Assembly: GCA_964517975.1 (NCBI GenBank)
Contig: CAZFDM010000190.1
Span: forward strand, 1-55,012
Source: an uncultured Syntrophaceae bacterium
Lineage (GTDB): Bacteria > Desulfobacterota > BSN033 > UBA1163
Direction: 5' to 3'
Length of the DNA: 55,012 bases
The first letter of the stretch is position 1. Each line of letters begins with the position of its first letter. Of this stretch, positions 1 to 10,464 are shown piece by piece. A program made the translations under genes and the position numbers. The notes under the pieces were generated by a model. The model was given only the letters and a program-made list of their open reading frames with translations, ran no database searches and was not told the origin of the DNA.

Positions 1-1
1 T

Positions 2-898
2 TGGTCTAAGAAACTTTACTGGGAAAGATACTTTCAACCTCAGACGATCAGCGAAGCACTCGCCATCTTAGAAGAGTTCCAAGGACAGGCCCATATCATT
101 GCAGGGGGGACAGATCTTATTCCCCAACTTAGAAAAAGGGAATTGGAACTGAAGGCCTTGGTGGACATTACCCGCATTCCTGGTTTGGATGAGATTAAAT
201 TGGAAGATGGTCTTATCAGGATTGGAGCTCTGGTTACCCATACTCAAATCGCAAAGTCATCCCTCATAAGAGAGAAGGCCACCGCATTGAGTGAGGGAGC
301 TTCGCAGGTTGGGTCTCCCCAAATCAGAAACTTGGGGACAGTAGTGGGTAATATTGTAAGTGGTCAACCTGGGGCTGATACAGCAATCCCTCTACTTTCG
401 TTAGGTGCGGTGGTTAAGGTGGTCAGTAAGGGAGGGGAGAGGAAGATTCCTTTAACTGAATTCTTTATCGATACAGGGAAAACCGTGATCCATAGTAATC
501 AAGAGATGGTCACAGAAATCTCCTTTCCTGCATTGAAAGAGGAAGAAGCCAGTGCCTCTCTTAGGTTAGCTAGGAGGAAGGCCTTGGCGCTTCCCGTTTT
601 GACAACCTCCGTGGTGATTTCTGCAGATTTGAAGAAGGAGATTTTTAATTATGCAAGAATTGCTATTGGTCCTGTTGCTCCCACCCCATTCCGAGCCAAA
701 GAAGCAGAAAAGTTCCTAATTTCTGCACCGATTAAGGAAGAGGTGATCAGGGAGGCTGCACAGAGAGCGGTTCAGGAGTCGAACCCCAGGTCAAGCCTTT
801 TAAGAGGGAGTGAGGAGTATCGGAAGACGATGGTAGGGGTCTTTGTAGAAAGAGGGATTCGGAAGGCATTAGAACGTTTGGAGGCAAGACATGGCTAA
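2..898 (+). CDS. Molybdenum hydroxylase (xanthine dehydrogenase/CO dehydrogenase family) FAD-binding medium subunit, 5' end cut by window edge
   Basis: The frame is open from base 2. The upstream translation WSKKLYWERYFQPQTISEALAILEEFQGQAHIIAGGTDLIPQL carries the AGGTDL FAD-subunit signature. The gene overlaps the next subunit gene by 8 nt. Confidence 0.85.
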   Translation, partial: WSKKLYWERYFQPQTISEALAILEEFQGQAHIIAGGTDLIPQLRKRELELKALVDITRIPGLDEIKLEDGLIRIGALVTHTQIAKSSLIREKATALSEGASQVGSPQIRNLGTVVGNIVSGQPGADTAIPLLSLGAVVKVVSKGGERKIPLTEFFIDTGKTVIHSNQEMVTEISFPALKEEEASASLRLARRKALALPVLTTSVVISADLKKEIFNYARIAIGPVAPTPFRAKEAEKFLISAPIKEEVIREAAQRAVQESNPRSSLLRGSEEYRKTMVGVFVERGIRKALERLEARHG

Positions 899-1373
899 AA
901 GAAAGATTCAGATTGAGGTGAATGGTGAAGGTGTGACCTTAGAAGTAGAACCGGATGACCTTTTGGTTGACGTCCTTAGAAGAGATTTAAAACTGACGGG
1001 GACAAAAGTGGGTTGTAGAGAAGGGGAATGTGGAGTTTGTTCCGTCATCCTTAATGGAAAGGTCGTCCCCTCATGTTTGATCCCCGTGATGAAAGCAGAT
1101 GGAGGAAAGGTCACCACGATTGAAGGGCTTGGGAAAAATGGAGACCTTCATCCTATTCAGAAGGCGTTTGTTGAAAAAGGAGCCGTTCAATGTGGGTTCT
1201 GTACGCCAGGGATGATTCTATCGGCCAAGAATCTTTTAGATGAAAAACCAAACCCTACTATCGAGGAGATTAAGATCGCCATTTCAGGCGTTCTCTGTCG
1301 GTGTACAGGGTATCAAAAGATTATTCAGGCTATTCAATCAGCCAGTGAAATCATGAGAGGTAAAGAGGGTTAA
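891..1373 (+). CDS. Molybdenum hydroxylase [2Fe-2S] small subunit (CoxS/XdhC-iron-sulfur type)
   Basis: Motifs CREGECGVCSV and CGFCTPG...CRCTGY mark two 2Fe-2S sites. The protein is 160 aa and sits between the FAD and Mo subunit genes. Confidence 0.9.
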   Translation: MAKRKIQIEVNGEGVTLEVEPDDLLVDVLRRDLKLTGTKVGCREGECGVCSVILNGKVVPSCLIPVMKADGGKVTTIEGLGKNGDLHPIQKAFVEKGAVQCGFCTPGMILSAKNLLDEKPNPTIEEIKIAISGVLCRCTGYQKIIQAIQSASEIMRGKEG

Positions 1374-1375
1374 GA

Positions 1376-3754
1376 ATGGAAAAGGAAGAGAAGAAGAAAA
1401 AAGTAATGATTAAGGAGAAAGAGGTTTTAGAAATCCCCCCTGTGGTTGAGGAGTTAAGCGTCGTAGGGAAACCTGCCATCAGGGTAGATGCCTACGATAA
1501 GGTAATGGGAAAATTGGTTTTTGGGGCAGATCTGGAATGTCCGGGTGCCTTACATGGGAAGGTTTTACGAAGCCCCTATCCGCATGCCTTAATCAAAAAG
1601 ATTGATATCGAAAAGGCAAAATCGATCCCGGGGGTAAGGGCTGTTCTTACCGCAAAAGATGTTCCTGGGAGGAATGGATTTGGAGCCATTATCCCTGATC
1701 AACCCGTCATTTGCGGGGATAAAGTGAGATATGTTGGGGATGGGGTTGCCTTGGTTGCGGCTGATACTGAGGAGTTAGCGATTCAGGCTTTGGAAGCGAT
1801 TGAGGTGGAGTATGAACCTCTTCCAGCAGTTTTTTCGCCTGTTGAGGCCATGAGTCCGGATGCACCGAAGATCCATGAGAAAGGGAATCTCTTGACCACT
1901 GCTAAGATTCGGAAAGGGAATGTCGAGAAGGGCTTTGCGGAGGCAGATGTCATATTAGAGAGAACCTATAGCGTCCCTATCTTGGAACACGCCTATCTGG
2001 AACCTGATGTAGTTATTGCTATCCCCCATCCAGATGGAACGATTACCGTAAAGGGGCCTATGCAAGCCCCATTTACTGTCCGTCGAAACATTGCCCCAGT
2101 ATTAGGAATCCCGATCAACCGAGTTCAATGTGTTCAGACCCCAATTGGGGGAGGATTTGGAGGAAAGGAAGATTCTCCCATTGACATTGGTGCCCGTGCA
2201 GCGCTTTTAGCCTGGAAGACAGGTAGACCCGTGAGGATGGAGTATGATAGGGAGGAGATTACACTCTCTACAGCCAAACGTCACCCCATGATCATTAAGT
2301 GTAAAGTAGGGGCCAAAAAGGATGGAACCTTCGTTGCTTTTGAAGGAACCATTTATAACGAACAGGGAGCTTATGCCTCTCTTGGCCCTGTGATTCCTCC
2401 TGCAGGTGGAGTCCATGCCCATGCGGTGGTAATGCTTCCAGGTCCTTACGAAATCCCGAATGTGAAAGTGGATGGCTATCTTGTCTATACCAACCATCCT
2501 TATGGAGGAGCGATGAGAGGGTTTGGGGCACCCCAGGTCAATTTTGCTCACGAATCTTTGGTGGATGAACTGGCTGAGGCTCTTAAAATGGATCCTTACC
2601 AACTTAGATATAAAAATGCTTTTCGTCTCGGGTCACAAACAGCCACTGGACAGATTCTTGATCAAAGCGTGGGGTTAAGGGATACGATGGAAAAGACGAG
2701 GGAGATATTTAAATGGGATGAAAAGTGGAGACCCAACCCTACTCCCAAAGAATTAGAGGGGTTAGAGAAAAGGAGAGGGGTTGGAATGGCAGTGGGATGG
2801 TATCGAACCAGTATTGGAATCTCCTCTGATGGCTGTGGGGTAAATCTTCATCTTCTGGAAGATGGTTCGGTTCTACTTTATCAGGGACTCACGGAAATGG
2901 GACAGGGACAATTTACCTCTCTCTCCCAAATTACTGCGGAAGCCCTTGGCGTTAAGTTGGAAGATGTAAGGGTAGTGACACCAGACACGGATATTGCTCC
3001 TGAATCTGGACCCACTGTGGGATCTAGATCAACCACCCTCATGGGAAATGCCATCTTGCAGGCTGCAGAGATGATTAAAAAGCCATTGCTTGAATCTGCT
3101 TCAGAACTCTTAGGGGTTCCCGCTGATAGACTTGTTGCTAAGAACCGCATCATCTATGATCGAGAAAATCCAAGTCACTCTATTGAACTGAAAGAGGCTG
3201 CCCGAAGGTCGATGGCCACAGGAAGGAGGATGATGGGACAGGGCTGGTATACCCCTCCAAAATCTTCCCTGGATTTGGAAACAGGCCAAGGCTCTCCTTA
3301 CTTTGTCTATACCTATTGTACCCAGATGGCAGAAGTAGAGGTGGATGTGAGGACAGGGGAAGTAGAGGTGATTAAAATCGTAGCGACCTTTGATATTGGG
3401 AAAGCAATCAATCCCATTATGTTGGAAGGCCAGATTGAGGGTGGGATCATGATGGGTCTGGGATATGCACTTATGGAAGAGGTAGTGATGAAGGATGGAT
3501 TCATACAGAACCTTGGGCTTCAAGATTATCTCATTCCAACGGCTTTAGATGCTCCCGAAATTGTTCCCATTTATATTGAATATCACCCGAATATCCATGG
3601 GCCATTTGGTGCAAAAGGGATTGGAGAAATGCCCAATATCCCTGCACCCCCTGCAATCACCAATGCCATTGCTAATGCAGTAGGAGCAAGGATTCGGGAT
3701 CTTCCTGCTCATTCAGAGAAGGTCTTTCAGGCCATGAGGGAGAGAAGGAAATAG
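1376..3754 (+). CDS. Molybdenum hydroxylase molybdopterin-binding large subunit
   Basis: The 792-aa protein carries the GGGFGGK signature (PIGGGFGGKE) and C-terminal GAKGIGEMP. It starts 2 nt after the FeS subunit stop. Confidence 0.9.
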   Translation: MEKEEKKKKVMIKEKEVLEIPPVVEELSVVGKPAIRVDAYDKVMGKLVFGADLECPGALHGKVLRSPYPHALIKKIDIEKAKSIPGVRAVLTAKDVPGRNGFGAIIPDQPVICGDKVRYVGDGVALVAADTEELAIQALEAIEVEYEPLPAVFSPVEAMSPDAPKIHEKGNLLTTAKIRKGNVEKGFAEADVILERTYSVPILEHAYLEPDVVIAIPHPDGTITVKGPMQAPFTVRRNIAPVLGIPINRVQCVQTPIGGGFGGKEDSPIDIGARAALLAWKTGRPVRMEYDREEITLSTAKRHPMIIKCKVGAKKDGTFVAFEGTIYNEQGAYASLGPVIPPAGGVHAHAVVMLPGPYEIPNVKVDGYLVYTNHPYGGAMRGFGAPQVNFAHESLVDELAEALKMDPYQLRYKNAFRLGSQTATGQILDQSVGLRDTMEKTREIFKWDEKWRPNPTPKELEGLEKRRGVGMAVGWYRTSIGISSDGCGVNLHLLEDGSVLLYQGLTEMGQGQFTSLSQITAEALGVKLEDVRVVTPDTDIAPESGPTVGSRSTTLMGNAILQAAEMIKKPLLESASELLGVPADRLVAKNRIIYDRENPSHSIELKEAARRSMATGRRMMGQGWYTPPKSSLDLETGQGSPYFVYTYCTQMAEVEVDVRTGEVEVIKIVATFDIGKAINPIMLEGQIEGGIMMGLGYALMEEVVMKDGFIQNLGLQDYLIPTALDAPEIVPIYIEYHPNIHGPFGAKGIGEMPNIPAPPAITNAIANAVGARIRDLPAHSEKVFQAMRERRK

Positions 3755-3757
3755 TCG

Positions 3758-4069
3758 ATGGCACTCATGGTGATCTTTCGAGTTGAGATCAGGGAGGGAA
3801 AGGAGGAGGAATATAGGAAGATCTCTGCCGAAGTCCTTGAGGTTGCAAAAGAGCAAGAAGGACTGATTTCCATGGAGAGGGCAAAGTCGATCTTAAAGGA
3901 GCGCACCTATGTCTCGATTAGTGAATGGGAGAGCCTGGAGGCGATTGAGAAGTGGGTGCAAAACCCAAAACATCAGGAGGCGATGCGAAGAGGAAGGGAA
4001 GACCTCTTTTCTTGGTATTCCGTAAAAAGGATGGTTGAACATAAGGGGGGAGAAAAGGGGATTTTGTAA
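3758..4069 (+). CDS. ABM (antibiotic biosynthesis monooxygenase-like) domain protein
   Basis: 103 aa with a ferredoxin-like ABM pattern (SISEWESLEAIEKWVQNPKHQEA). It starts 3 nt after the large subunit stop. Confidence 0.6.
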   Translation: MALMVIFRVEIREGKEEEYRKISAEVLEVAKEQEGLISMERAKSILKERTYVSISEWESLEAIEKWVQNPKHQEAMRRGREDLFSWYSVKRMVEHKGGEKGIL

Positions 4070-4153
4070 CAGAAAGGAGGTGGGAGAAAGGTTGGTGTTA
4101 AGGTTTTTTAATGAGATTAAAAATTCATACCCTATAAAAAGGAGGTGGCATTC

Positions 4154-5437
4154 ATGAGGACAAAGAAGATTTCCCGAAGGTCATTTTTGAAAAAGGCAGG
4201 GCTCCTTGGTGGAGCAGCCGTATTGGGAGGAGTTGGGTTTCCAAGGATTTCCATTGCACAGAAAGCCCCCATCAAGATTGGGTGTATCTTTCCGCTGACT
4301 GGCCCATTTTCAACCGAGGCCCATTACCAACAGGAGGCAGCCATCCTGGCCGTTGAAGAATATAATGCCAGAGGGGGTGTTTTGGGAAGGAAGATAGAAC
4401 TGGTCATAAGAGACGATAAACTCAAACCGGATGAAGCAGCCCGCAGAACAAAAGAGTTGATTGAAAAGGATAATGTAGACTTGATCTTTGGAGGTCTTGG
4501 TGCACACACCCAATTGGCCATTAACGAACAGGCGAAACTGGCCAAAAAGATTTTTATGTCGATCAGCCAGTCCAATGAGATCACCCAGTGGCCAGATGTG
4601 AGTCCCTATACCTTCCACGAGGCCATTAACCCCTATATGACGACTCATTCTTTTGGTCCATGGATTTTTAAGAATTTGGGAAAGAAATGGTTCTTTCTGA
4701 CTGCAGATTACTCTTTTGGCTGGCAGTTAACAGAAGGATTTAGAAAGATCGGGAAAGAGTTGGGAATCAAAGATGCAGGAGAGATCAAACATCCCTTAGG
4801 ATCCACGGACTATTTCCCCTACTTTCCAAAAATTCTTGCTGCAGAACCAGAGGTTCTCATCCTGGATAATTTTGGAAAAGATCAACTCAATTCTATTAAA
4901 CAAGCCCATGCCTTTGGACTGAAGAAGAAGATGAAACTGGTTAGTGCCATTGTTTTATTATCTGCCCGTGTTGGAGCAGGGGATGAAGCCTATGAAGGAG
5001 TTTATGGGGGTTCGACCTTCTGGTGGGAATTGGAGAAGCAATTACCTGCGGCAAAGAAATTTGTAACTGCCTACCAAAAACGTTGGGGTAAACCGCCCAC
5101 GGACTACGCAGGGTACTCTTATGGTGGAATGATGGAGTTAATTGGTGCCATCGAGGCTGCAGGGGCATTGGATATGAAGAAGATGATTCTCAAACTGGAA
5201 GGCCATGAATATAACCATTACAAAGGAAAACAGTGGTGGGTTCCCTGGAGCCACCAATCGATTCAGGATTTCTTTATTCTTCGCTCCAAAAGTGCTTCAG
5301 AGAAGAAGGGAGAATGGGATCTGTTTGAGGTAGTTGCCACAGAGAAGGCTCACGATAAGATGGATCGGACCTGGGAGGAGTTGGGTCTCAAGGCATCGGG
5401 TCTCAAGCCCAACGAACCGTTAAGTAAATTACTCTAA
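4154..5437 (+). CDS. ABC transporter periplasmic substrate-binding protein, Liv/branched-chain-amino-acid (type I PBP) family, twin-arginine-like signal
   Basis: N-terminus MRTKKISRRSFLKKAGLLGGAAVLGG, followed by a Leu/Ile/Val-binding-type fold. I chose the ATG at 4154, 7 nt after GGAGGT, over the GTG at 4145 that abuts the RBS. Confidence 0.85.
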   Translation: MRTKKISRRSFLKKAGLLGGAAVLGGVGFPRISIAQKAPIKIGCIFPLTGPFSTEAHYQQEAAILAVEEYNARGGVLGRKIELVIRDDKLKPDEAARRTKELIEKDNVDLIFGGLGAHTQLAINEQAKLAKKIFMSISQSNEITQWPDVSPYTFHEAINPYMTTHSFGPWIFKNLGKKWFFLTADYSFGWQLTEGFRKIGKELGIKDAGEIKHPLGSTDYFPYFPKILAAEPEVLILDNFGKDQLNSIKQAHAFGLKKKMKLVSAIVLLSARVGAGDEAYEGVYGGSTFWWELEKQLPAAKKFVTAYQKRWGKPPTDYAGYSYGGMMELIGAIEAAGALDMKKMILKLEGHEYNHYKGKQWWVPWSHQSIQDFFILRSKSASEKKGEWDLFEVVATEKAHDKMDRTWEELGLKASGLKPNEPLSKLL

Positions 5438-5444
5438 ATTTAAT

Positions 5445-5479
5445 AAAGGGGTTCATCCCATTGAGGGGTGAACCCCTTT
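5445..5479 (+). promoter_or_regulatory. Intercistronic stem-loop between binding-protein and permease genes
   Basis: AAAGGGGTTCA-(13 nt)-TGAACCCCTTT forms an 11-bp perfect stem directly upstream of the AGGAGA RBS of the next gene. No long T-run follows. Confidence 0.4.
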
Positions 5480-5490
5480 AGGAGAATGAA

Positions 5491-6375
5491 ATGTTTGAAA
5501 TACCTCTTTCTGCTTTAGGACTTCAAATTTTTATGGGGTTTACTTTGGGGATGATCTTTGTATTGCTTGCAGTAGGGCTCTCCCTTATCTTTGGGATGCT
5601 CACCGTAGTTAACTTTGCCCATGGGGCCTTCTATATGTGGGGTGCCTATGCTGCCTTGCTGGCTGTCGGTTATATAGGGAATTTTTGGGTCGCCCTGGTT
5701 ATCGTTCCCATTGTCATCGGTGGGATCGGAATGCTTTTGGAAAGGTTTGCAGTGAGAAGGCTCTATGGTCTAAATCCAGATTATCCATTGCTCCTTACCT
5801 TTGGTTTCTCACTGGTGATGATTGAGATTGTGAGGATTACCTGGGGAACAGCCGATCATCCTTTCAGCAGTCCACCTGCGTTACAAGAACCCATCAATTT
5901 GGGTATCTTTTTCTTTCCCTCTTATTGGCTCTTTGTCATCGTGGTGACCATAGTGGTTTTGCTACTGCTTTGGATCCTATTAAAAAAGACCAACATAGGT
6001 CTCATCATCCGTGCGGGGACGAGAGACAGTTTAATGGTCAGGGTTTGCGGGATTGACATTTCCAAAATATGGCTTCTTGTCTTTGGGATGGGAACAGGGA
6101 TAGCGGGTCTGGCGGGGATTCTGGCTGCTCCTATGAGAGGGGTCTATCCTGAAATGGGAATCTCCATGCTCGTTGAGTGTTTCGTGGTTGTGGTGGTGGG
6201 TGGAATGGGAAGTCTGGTTGGAGCGATTTATAGCGGGATCATTTTAGGGATTGTTGTGAGTTTTACTACCTTGATTTATCCTCCCATGGCAAACATCGTT
6301 ATCTTTCTCGTCATGGCCGTTATTTTGTTGATCAGACCCAGCGGCCTCTTCGGTGAAAAGGGACTCTTAGAATAG
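5491..6375 (+). CDS. ABC transporter permease, LivH type
   Basis: 294-aa polytopic membrane protein in a Liv-type operon context. Confidence 0.85.
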   Translation: MFEIPLSALGLQIFMGFTLGMIFVLLAVGLSLIFGMLTVVNFAHGAFYMWGAYAALLAVGYIGNFWVALVIVPIVIGGIGMLLERFAVRRLYGLNPDYPLLLTFGFSLVMIEIVRITWGTADHPFSSPPALQEPINLGIFFFPSYWLFVIVVTIVVLLLLWILLKKTNIGLIIRAGTRDSLMVRVCGIDISKIWLLVFGMGTGIAGLAGILAAPMRGVYPEMGISMLVECFVVVVVGGMGSLVGAIYSGIILGIVVSFTTLIYPPMANIVIFLVMAVILLIRPSGLFGEKGLLE

Positions 6376-6388
6376 AAGAAAGGAAAGA

Positions 6389-7369
6389 ATGGAGATGGAA
6401 AAGACATCCGTTGTAAAAAATATTTTAATCTGGGCATCCAATCATCCTCTGTGGATGATTATCATCTTTTTTCTCATCTTTCCTTTTATTATGCCCTATA
6501 AAGCCCTGGCCACACTCATTTTGATTAATGGATTATTTTCATTAGGGTTTAACATTCTCTATGGTTATACCGGACTTCTTAGTTTTGGTCACGCTGCCTA
6601 TTTTGGTTTGGGGGCCTATAGTGTCGGAATTCTTCTTTCACGTTTCCAGGCCTCTATCTGGACCGCACTGCTTTTCAGCCTTATTGTATCGGGTGTGGGT
6701 TCATTGATCATCGGGTTTTTTTGTTTGAGGCGAAGGGGAATCTATTTTGCCCTTTTAAACCTTGCCTTTGCTCAGATGCTTTATTTTATTGGATTTCAAT
6801 GGGTCTCGCTAACTGGAGGTGAAGTGGGACTCCGAAACATTCCAACCCCTCCTCTCCAACTCCTTGGCTTTTCAATCGATATCTATAGTCCCATAAGGTT
6901 TTATTATTTCACTTTCATCTTTGTAACCATTGCCCTCATCGTGCTCAAAAGAATATTGGATTCTCCTTTTGGAAGGGTATTGGAGGCGATACGTGAGAAT
7001 GAGAATCGAGCTCGAGCCATTGGGTATCATACAAATCAGGTGAAATGGCTTTCCTATATTATGTCCGGTGTCTTCTCGGGTTTAGCAGGAGGGCTTTATA
7101 CGCTCTATATGCATTTTGTTGGGATTGAATACCTTTATTGGACGACTTCCGGGATGGTCGTGATGATGACCTTATTAGGAGGAGCTGGGACATTTTTTGG
7201 ACCCTTTATCGGGGCAGGAGTTTATCTATACCTTGAAGATATTATCAGCATCTATACGAAACACTGGATGATCTTTGTTGGCTCAATCTTCTTCCTCTGT
7301 GTCTTGATGTTCCCAGAGGGGATTTGGGGGAGGGTCAAGAGCAGGATCGATCGCTTGAAAGTGTCCTAA
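6389..7369 (+). CDS. ABC transporter permease, LivM type
   Basis: 326-aa polytopic membrane protein that follows the LivH-type gene. Confidence 0.85.
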   Translation: MEMEKTSVVKNILIWASNHPLWMIIIFFLIFPFIMPYKALATLILINGLFSLGFNILYGYTGLLSFGHAAYFGLGAYSVGILLSRFQASIWTALLFSLIVSGVGSLIIGFFCLRRRGIYFALLNLAFAQMLYFIGFQWVSLTGGEVGLRNIPTPPLQLLGFSIDIYSPIRFYYFTFIFVTIALIVLKRILDSPFGRVLEAIRENENRARAIGYHTNQVKWLSYIMSGVFSGLAGGLYTLYMHFVGIEYLYWTTSGMVVMMTLLGGAGTFFGPFIGAGVYLYLEDIISIYTKHWMIFVGSIFFLCVLMFPEGIWGRVKSRIDRLKVS

Positions 7370-7386
7370 GTAAGGGAAGGTGAGAG

Positions 7387-8127
7387 ATGGAAATTCTGAG
7401 GACAGAAAATCTGACAAAAAATTTTGGTGGGCTGACTGCAGTCAGCCAGGTCAATTTTGTTTTGGAAGAGGGCAGGCTCCAGTCCATTATTGGTCCCAAT
7501 GGTGCAGGGAAGAGCACTTTTTTTAAGATGATCTCCGGAGAGCATGTTCCTTCCTCAGGAAAGATTTGGTTTAGAGGGGAGGACATCACAGGCCTCCCCC
7601 AGCATGAAATCTCTCATAAGGGAATTGCGACTTCCTATCAGATTACCAATATCTTTCCAAAACTGACCACCTTTGAGAATGTGAGGATTGCCGTTCAATC
7701 CCGTAAGACCACATTCAATTTTTGGACAAGAGCGGACAGGCATGATGATCTCAATGAAAAAGCCATAAGAATCCTTAAAACGGTCGGGCTATTGGAGAAG
7801 AAGGATGTTCTTGCCTGTAACCTTCCCCATGGAGATCAAAGACATCTTGAGATTGCCATCGCCTTAGCTACAGATCCTGTTCTCCTTTTGTTGGATGAAC
7901 CCACAGCAGGGTTAAATCCTGTCGAAACGGTTGAAACGATGGAACTTATTAAAAAGATTTCAAAAGGGTTATCGGTCATCTTGGTGGAACATAAGATGAA
8001 AGTCATTATGAATATTTCTGAACTGATCACGGTCCTCCATGAGGGAAAGGTGATTGCTGTTGGGACTCCCGAGGAGATTCAGGAGAATGAAACTGTGCGA
8101 AGGGTCTATTTAGGAGGAAAAAAGTAA
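7387..8127 (+). CDS. ABC transporter ATP-binding protein, LivG type
   Basis: Walker A GPNGAGKST and Walker B LLLLDEPTAG. Confidence 0.9.
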   Translation: MEILRTENLTKNFGGLTAVSQVNFVLEEGRLQSIIGPNGAGKSTFFKMISGEHVPSSGKIWFRGEDITGLPQHEISHKGIATSYQITNIFPKLTTFENVRIAVQSRKTTFNFWTRADRHDDLNEKAIRILKTVGLLEKKDVLACNLPHGDQRHLEIAIALATDPVLLLLDEPTAGLNPVETVETMELIKKISKGLSVILVEHKMKVIMNISELITVLHEGKVIAVGTPEEIQENETVRRVYLGGKK

Positions 8128-8840
8128 TGATCTTAGAAGTCAAAGAGATTCATACCTATTACGGACAAAGCCATATTTTACAAGGGGTCTCTCTTGGGGT
8201 GGAGAAAGGGGAGATGGTTACCCTTTTAGGGAGAAATGGAGCAGGAAAGACGACAACCCTTAAAAGTATCCTTGGGATTGTTCCCCCAAAGTCTGGCGAG
8301 ATCACTTTTTTAGGGGAGAAGATCAGTGGCCTGCCACCCCATCTGATCTCCCAGATGGGAATCAGTTTTGTACCTGAGGAGAGGAGGATTGTTCCAGGAT
8401 TGACAGTCTATGAGAATCTGAAACTGGCTATGCTAAAAAACAAAGGGAAGAACAGAACTAAAGAGAAGGCGATCCTTGATCGGGTATGGGAGATATTCCC
8501 GAGGTTAAGGGAACGTTGGCAGCAAGAGGGGACAAGCCTCAGCGGAGGTGAACAGCAGATGCTTGCCATAGCGAGAGGGCTGGTTTCAGAACCCGTTTTG
8601 ATGCTGGTGGATGAGCCCACAGAAGGATTGATGCCACTTCTTGTCCAAAGGATTGAGGAGGTGTTAAAGGAGATTCAAAACGACGGAGTCACCATTCTAC
8701 TGGTGGAGCAAAATATGGAGATGGCCTTAGATATTTCCCAGAAGGCCTACGTGATGGATGAAGGAGTAATTAAGTACAAAGGGACTGCGGATGAGATTCG
8801 GAGAAACGAAGAGGTGCAGAGAAAATACCTTGCTATCTAA
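8127..8840 (+). CDS. ABC transporter ATP-binding protein, LivF type
   Basis: Walker A GRNGAGKTT, signature LSGGEQQML and Walker B LMLVDEPTEG. It overlaps the upstream stop by 1 nt (TAATG). Confidence 0.9.
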   Translation: MILEVKEIHTYYGQSHILQGVSLGVEKGEMVTLLGRNGAGKTTTLKSILGIVPPKSGEITFLGEKISGLPPHLISQMGISFVPEERRIVPGLTVYENLKLAMLKNKGKNRTKEKAILDRVWEIFPRLRERWQQEGTSLSGGEQQMLAIARGLVSEPVLMLVDEPTEGLMPLLVQRIEEVLKEIQNDGVTILLVEQNMEMALDISQKAYVMDEGVIKYKGTADEIRRNEEVQRKYLAI

Positions 8841-9058
8841 TCCTGAAGAAGTCCAGGGTTTCCCTCCTCTTTATCCCTAAACGATTAGGACGGAAGGGGT
8901 CAATTTTAAACTGCAATTTTTAATGAAACATTCCTGAGGAAAGGGGGTGATTTTTAAGGTCATTATTTAAAGAATTGATAAGTGGTGATGTTTGGGTCTT
9001 AGGTTTTTCTTATTTATTAGAGGATAATTCAAAGTTTGATTTAAGAAAGGAGAAACTT

Positions 9059-10444
9059 ATGGGAATTAACGCCGTTCATACAAAATATTCTACTTGGGAT
9101 GGCGCGGCCGCCATGAAAGAATTTGCGAAGAAATTTAAGCCTGCCAAAACCCCGATGGCCTTTGAATATCCTGTCATCCCTGGGTATTATGGCTACCGAG
9201 GTGCGGGGACCCAAGGGGTAGATTTTGATAACCGAATAGACTTTGCAAGAATGAGAAAATATCGCCTTGAACGAACCAGGGAACAGTTGAAGGCATTCAA
9301 TGTAGGGGCTATTTTTTCCATTCAAGAGTGGAATACAAGGTATATCACAGGAACATGGACACCAGGTTGGACCACCCCAGCCTCAGGGTTAAGATACTGT
9401 CTGTTTCCTGTTACGGCCAATGGTCCGATTCTCTATGAGCAGGGAGAGATTGGTTATCATACTCGACAGATGGCTCCATGGCTTGAAAAAGTTAAAGTGG
9501 CCATTACAGGTGCAGGCTGGAGCAGTGTGATTATGGGAAAGGCTGCCCATGCTGCGCAGAGAGATAAATTGGTCACTCAGATTATCGATGACCTGAAAGC
9601 CTATGGAGTGGCCAAAGAGACCCTGGCTCTTGATGTTTGGGACCCTGGCCTCATTGAAGGATTCCAGAATAAGGGGATAAAGATCATTCCTGCTGCGGAG
9701 TTGATGTTCGAAGCACGTAAGATAAAGAATGAGGACGAAGTAGAATGCCTTAGAATTGCCTCTGCCATAGGCGAAGCAATGTTTCAGACCCTCAAAGATA
9801 TGCTCAAGCCTGGGGTTCGAGAATCTGAAATCATGGGAGCCATGCATAAGACCGCTTATACATTGGGTGCAGAGGTTTATTCTGGTATGCTGGTCACCTC
9901 AGGACCTTTCAGTTGGCCAAACTCCCGTTATATGACCGATCGGATCATCCGTCCTTATGACATCGTTTTTGCAGATGTCTACAATACTACTTATAATGGA
10001 TATCATATCTGTTATTACCGGACGTTCAGCGTTGGGAAACCCCCACAGCAGTTAGTCGATGCCTACAAAAAGGCTTTGGATTGGCTTTATAGGGCTATTC
10101 AGGTTATTAAACCAGGCATTACTACCAAAGAAGTAGCAGAGAAATGGCCACCCTGTGAAGAGGACTGGAGCGATATTCTGGTGGCCTATGAAGATCAAAC
10201 TGCAGGAAGCAATTGGGCCCACGGCATTGGAATGACTCTTTATGAACTCCCACTGATCTGGCGAGGATGTTCACTGGATTATCCTATCCCGATTGAAAAG
10301 GGAATGACCTTTGCCATTGAGACCCAGCATGGGGTTCCGGGGATAGGTGGCGTTAGAATTGAGGAGATGATCCATGTGACGGATTATGGGGTTGAAATAC
10401 TGACTCAATGGCCGATCGATGAGATTACCGTTGTCGATTTTTAG
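9059..10444 (+). CDS. M24 family (creatinase/Xaa-Pro peptidase-like, pita-bread fold) hydrolase
   Basis: The C-terminal half has M24-like metal-ligand blocks (FADVYNTTYNGYH, HGIGMTLYE, FAIETQ, RIEEMIHV). I chose the ATG at 9059, behind AAAGGAGA, rather than the longer 8975 ORF. Confidence 0.75.
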   Translation: MGINAVHTKYSTWDGAAAMKEFAKKFKPAKTPMAFEYPVIPGYYGYRGAGTQGVDFDNRIDFARMRKYRLERTREQLKAFNVGAIFSIQEWNTRYITGTWTPGWTTPASGLRYCLFPVTANGPILYEQGEIGYHTRQMAPWLEKVKVAITGAGWSSVIMGKAAHAAQRDKLVTQIIDDLKAYGVAKETLALDVWDPGLIEGFQNKGIKIIPAAELMFEARKIKNEDEVECLRIASAIGEAMFQTLKDMLKPGVRESEIMGAMHKTAYTLGAEVYSGMLVTSGPFSWPNSRYMTDRIIRPYDIVFADVYNTTYNGYHICYYRTFSVGKPPQQLVDAYKKALDWLYRAIQVIKPGITTKEVAEKWPPCEEDWSDILVAYEDQTAGSNWAHGIGMTLYELPLIWRGCSLDYPIPIEKGMTFAIETQHGVPGIGGVRIEEMIHVTDYGVEILTQWPIDEITVVDF

Positions 10445-10464
10445 TTTATTCTTCAGGTATGGGA

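Noticed and set aside
2207-2602. The many 60-176-aa ORFs antisense to, or out of frame within, long genes. Examples are 2207-2602, 9389-9847, 22180-22710, 45919-46416, 46001-46408 and 52429-52911.
   Set aside because: Each lies wholly inside a longer ORF with clear family motifs. Their translations are low-complexity or motif-free and they have no RBS. They are typical shadow ORFs.
1376-3754. A possible selenocysteine (in-frame TGA) in the Mo-hydroxylase or the AORs, considered because some nicotinate dehydrogenases are selenium dependent.
   Set aside because: All subunit ORFs are uninterrupted with no internal TGA. The known Se in that enzyme class is a labile cofactor ligand, not Sec.
8975-9058. 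An N-terminal extension of the M24 hydrolase ORF (TTG start at 8975; MISGDVWVLGFSYLL...).
   Set aside because: The internal ATG at 9059 has a well-spaced AAAGGAGA RBS. The extension is A/T-rich leader-like sequence without family similarity.
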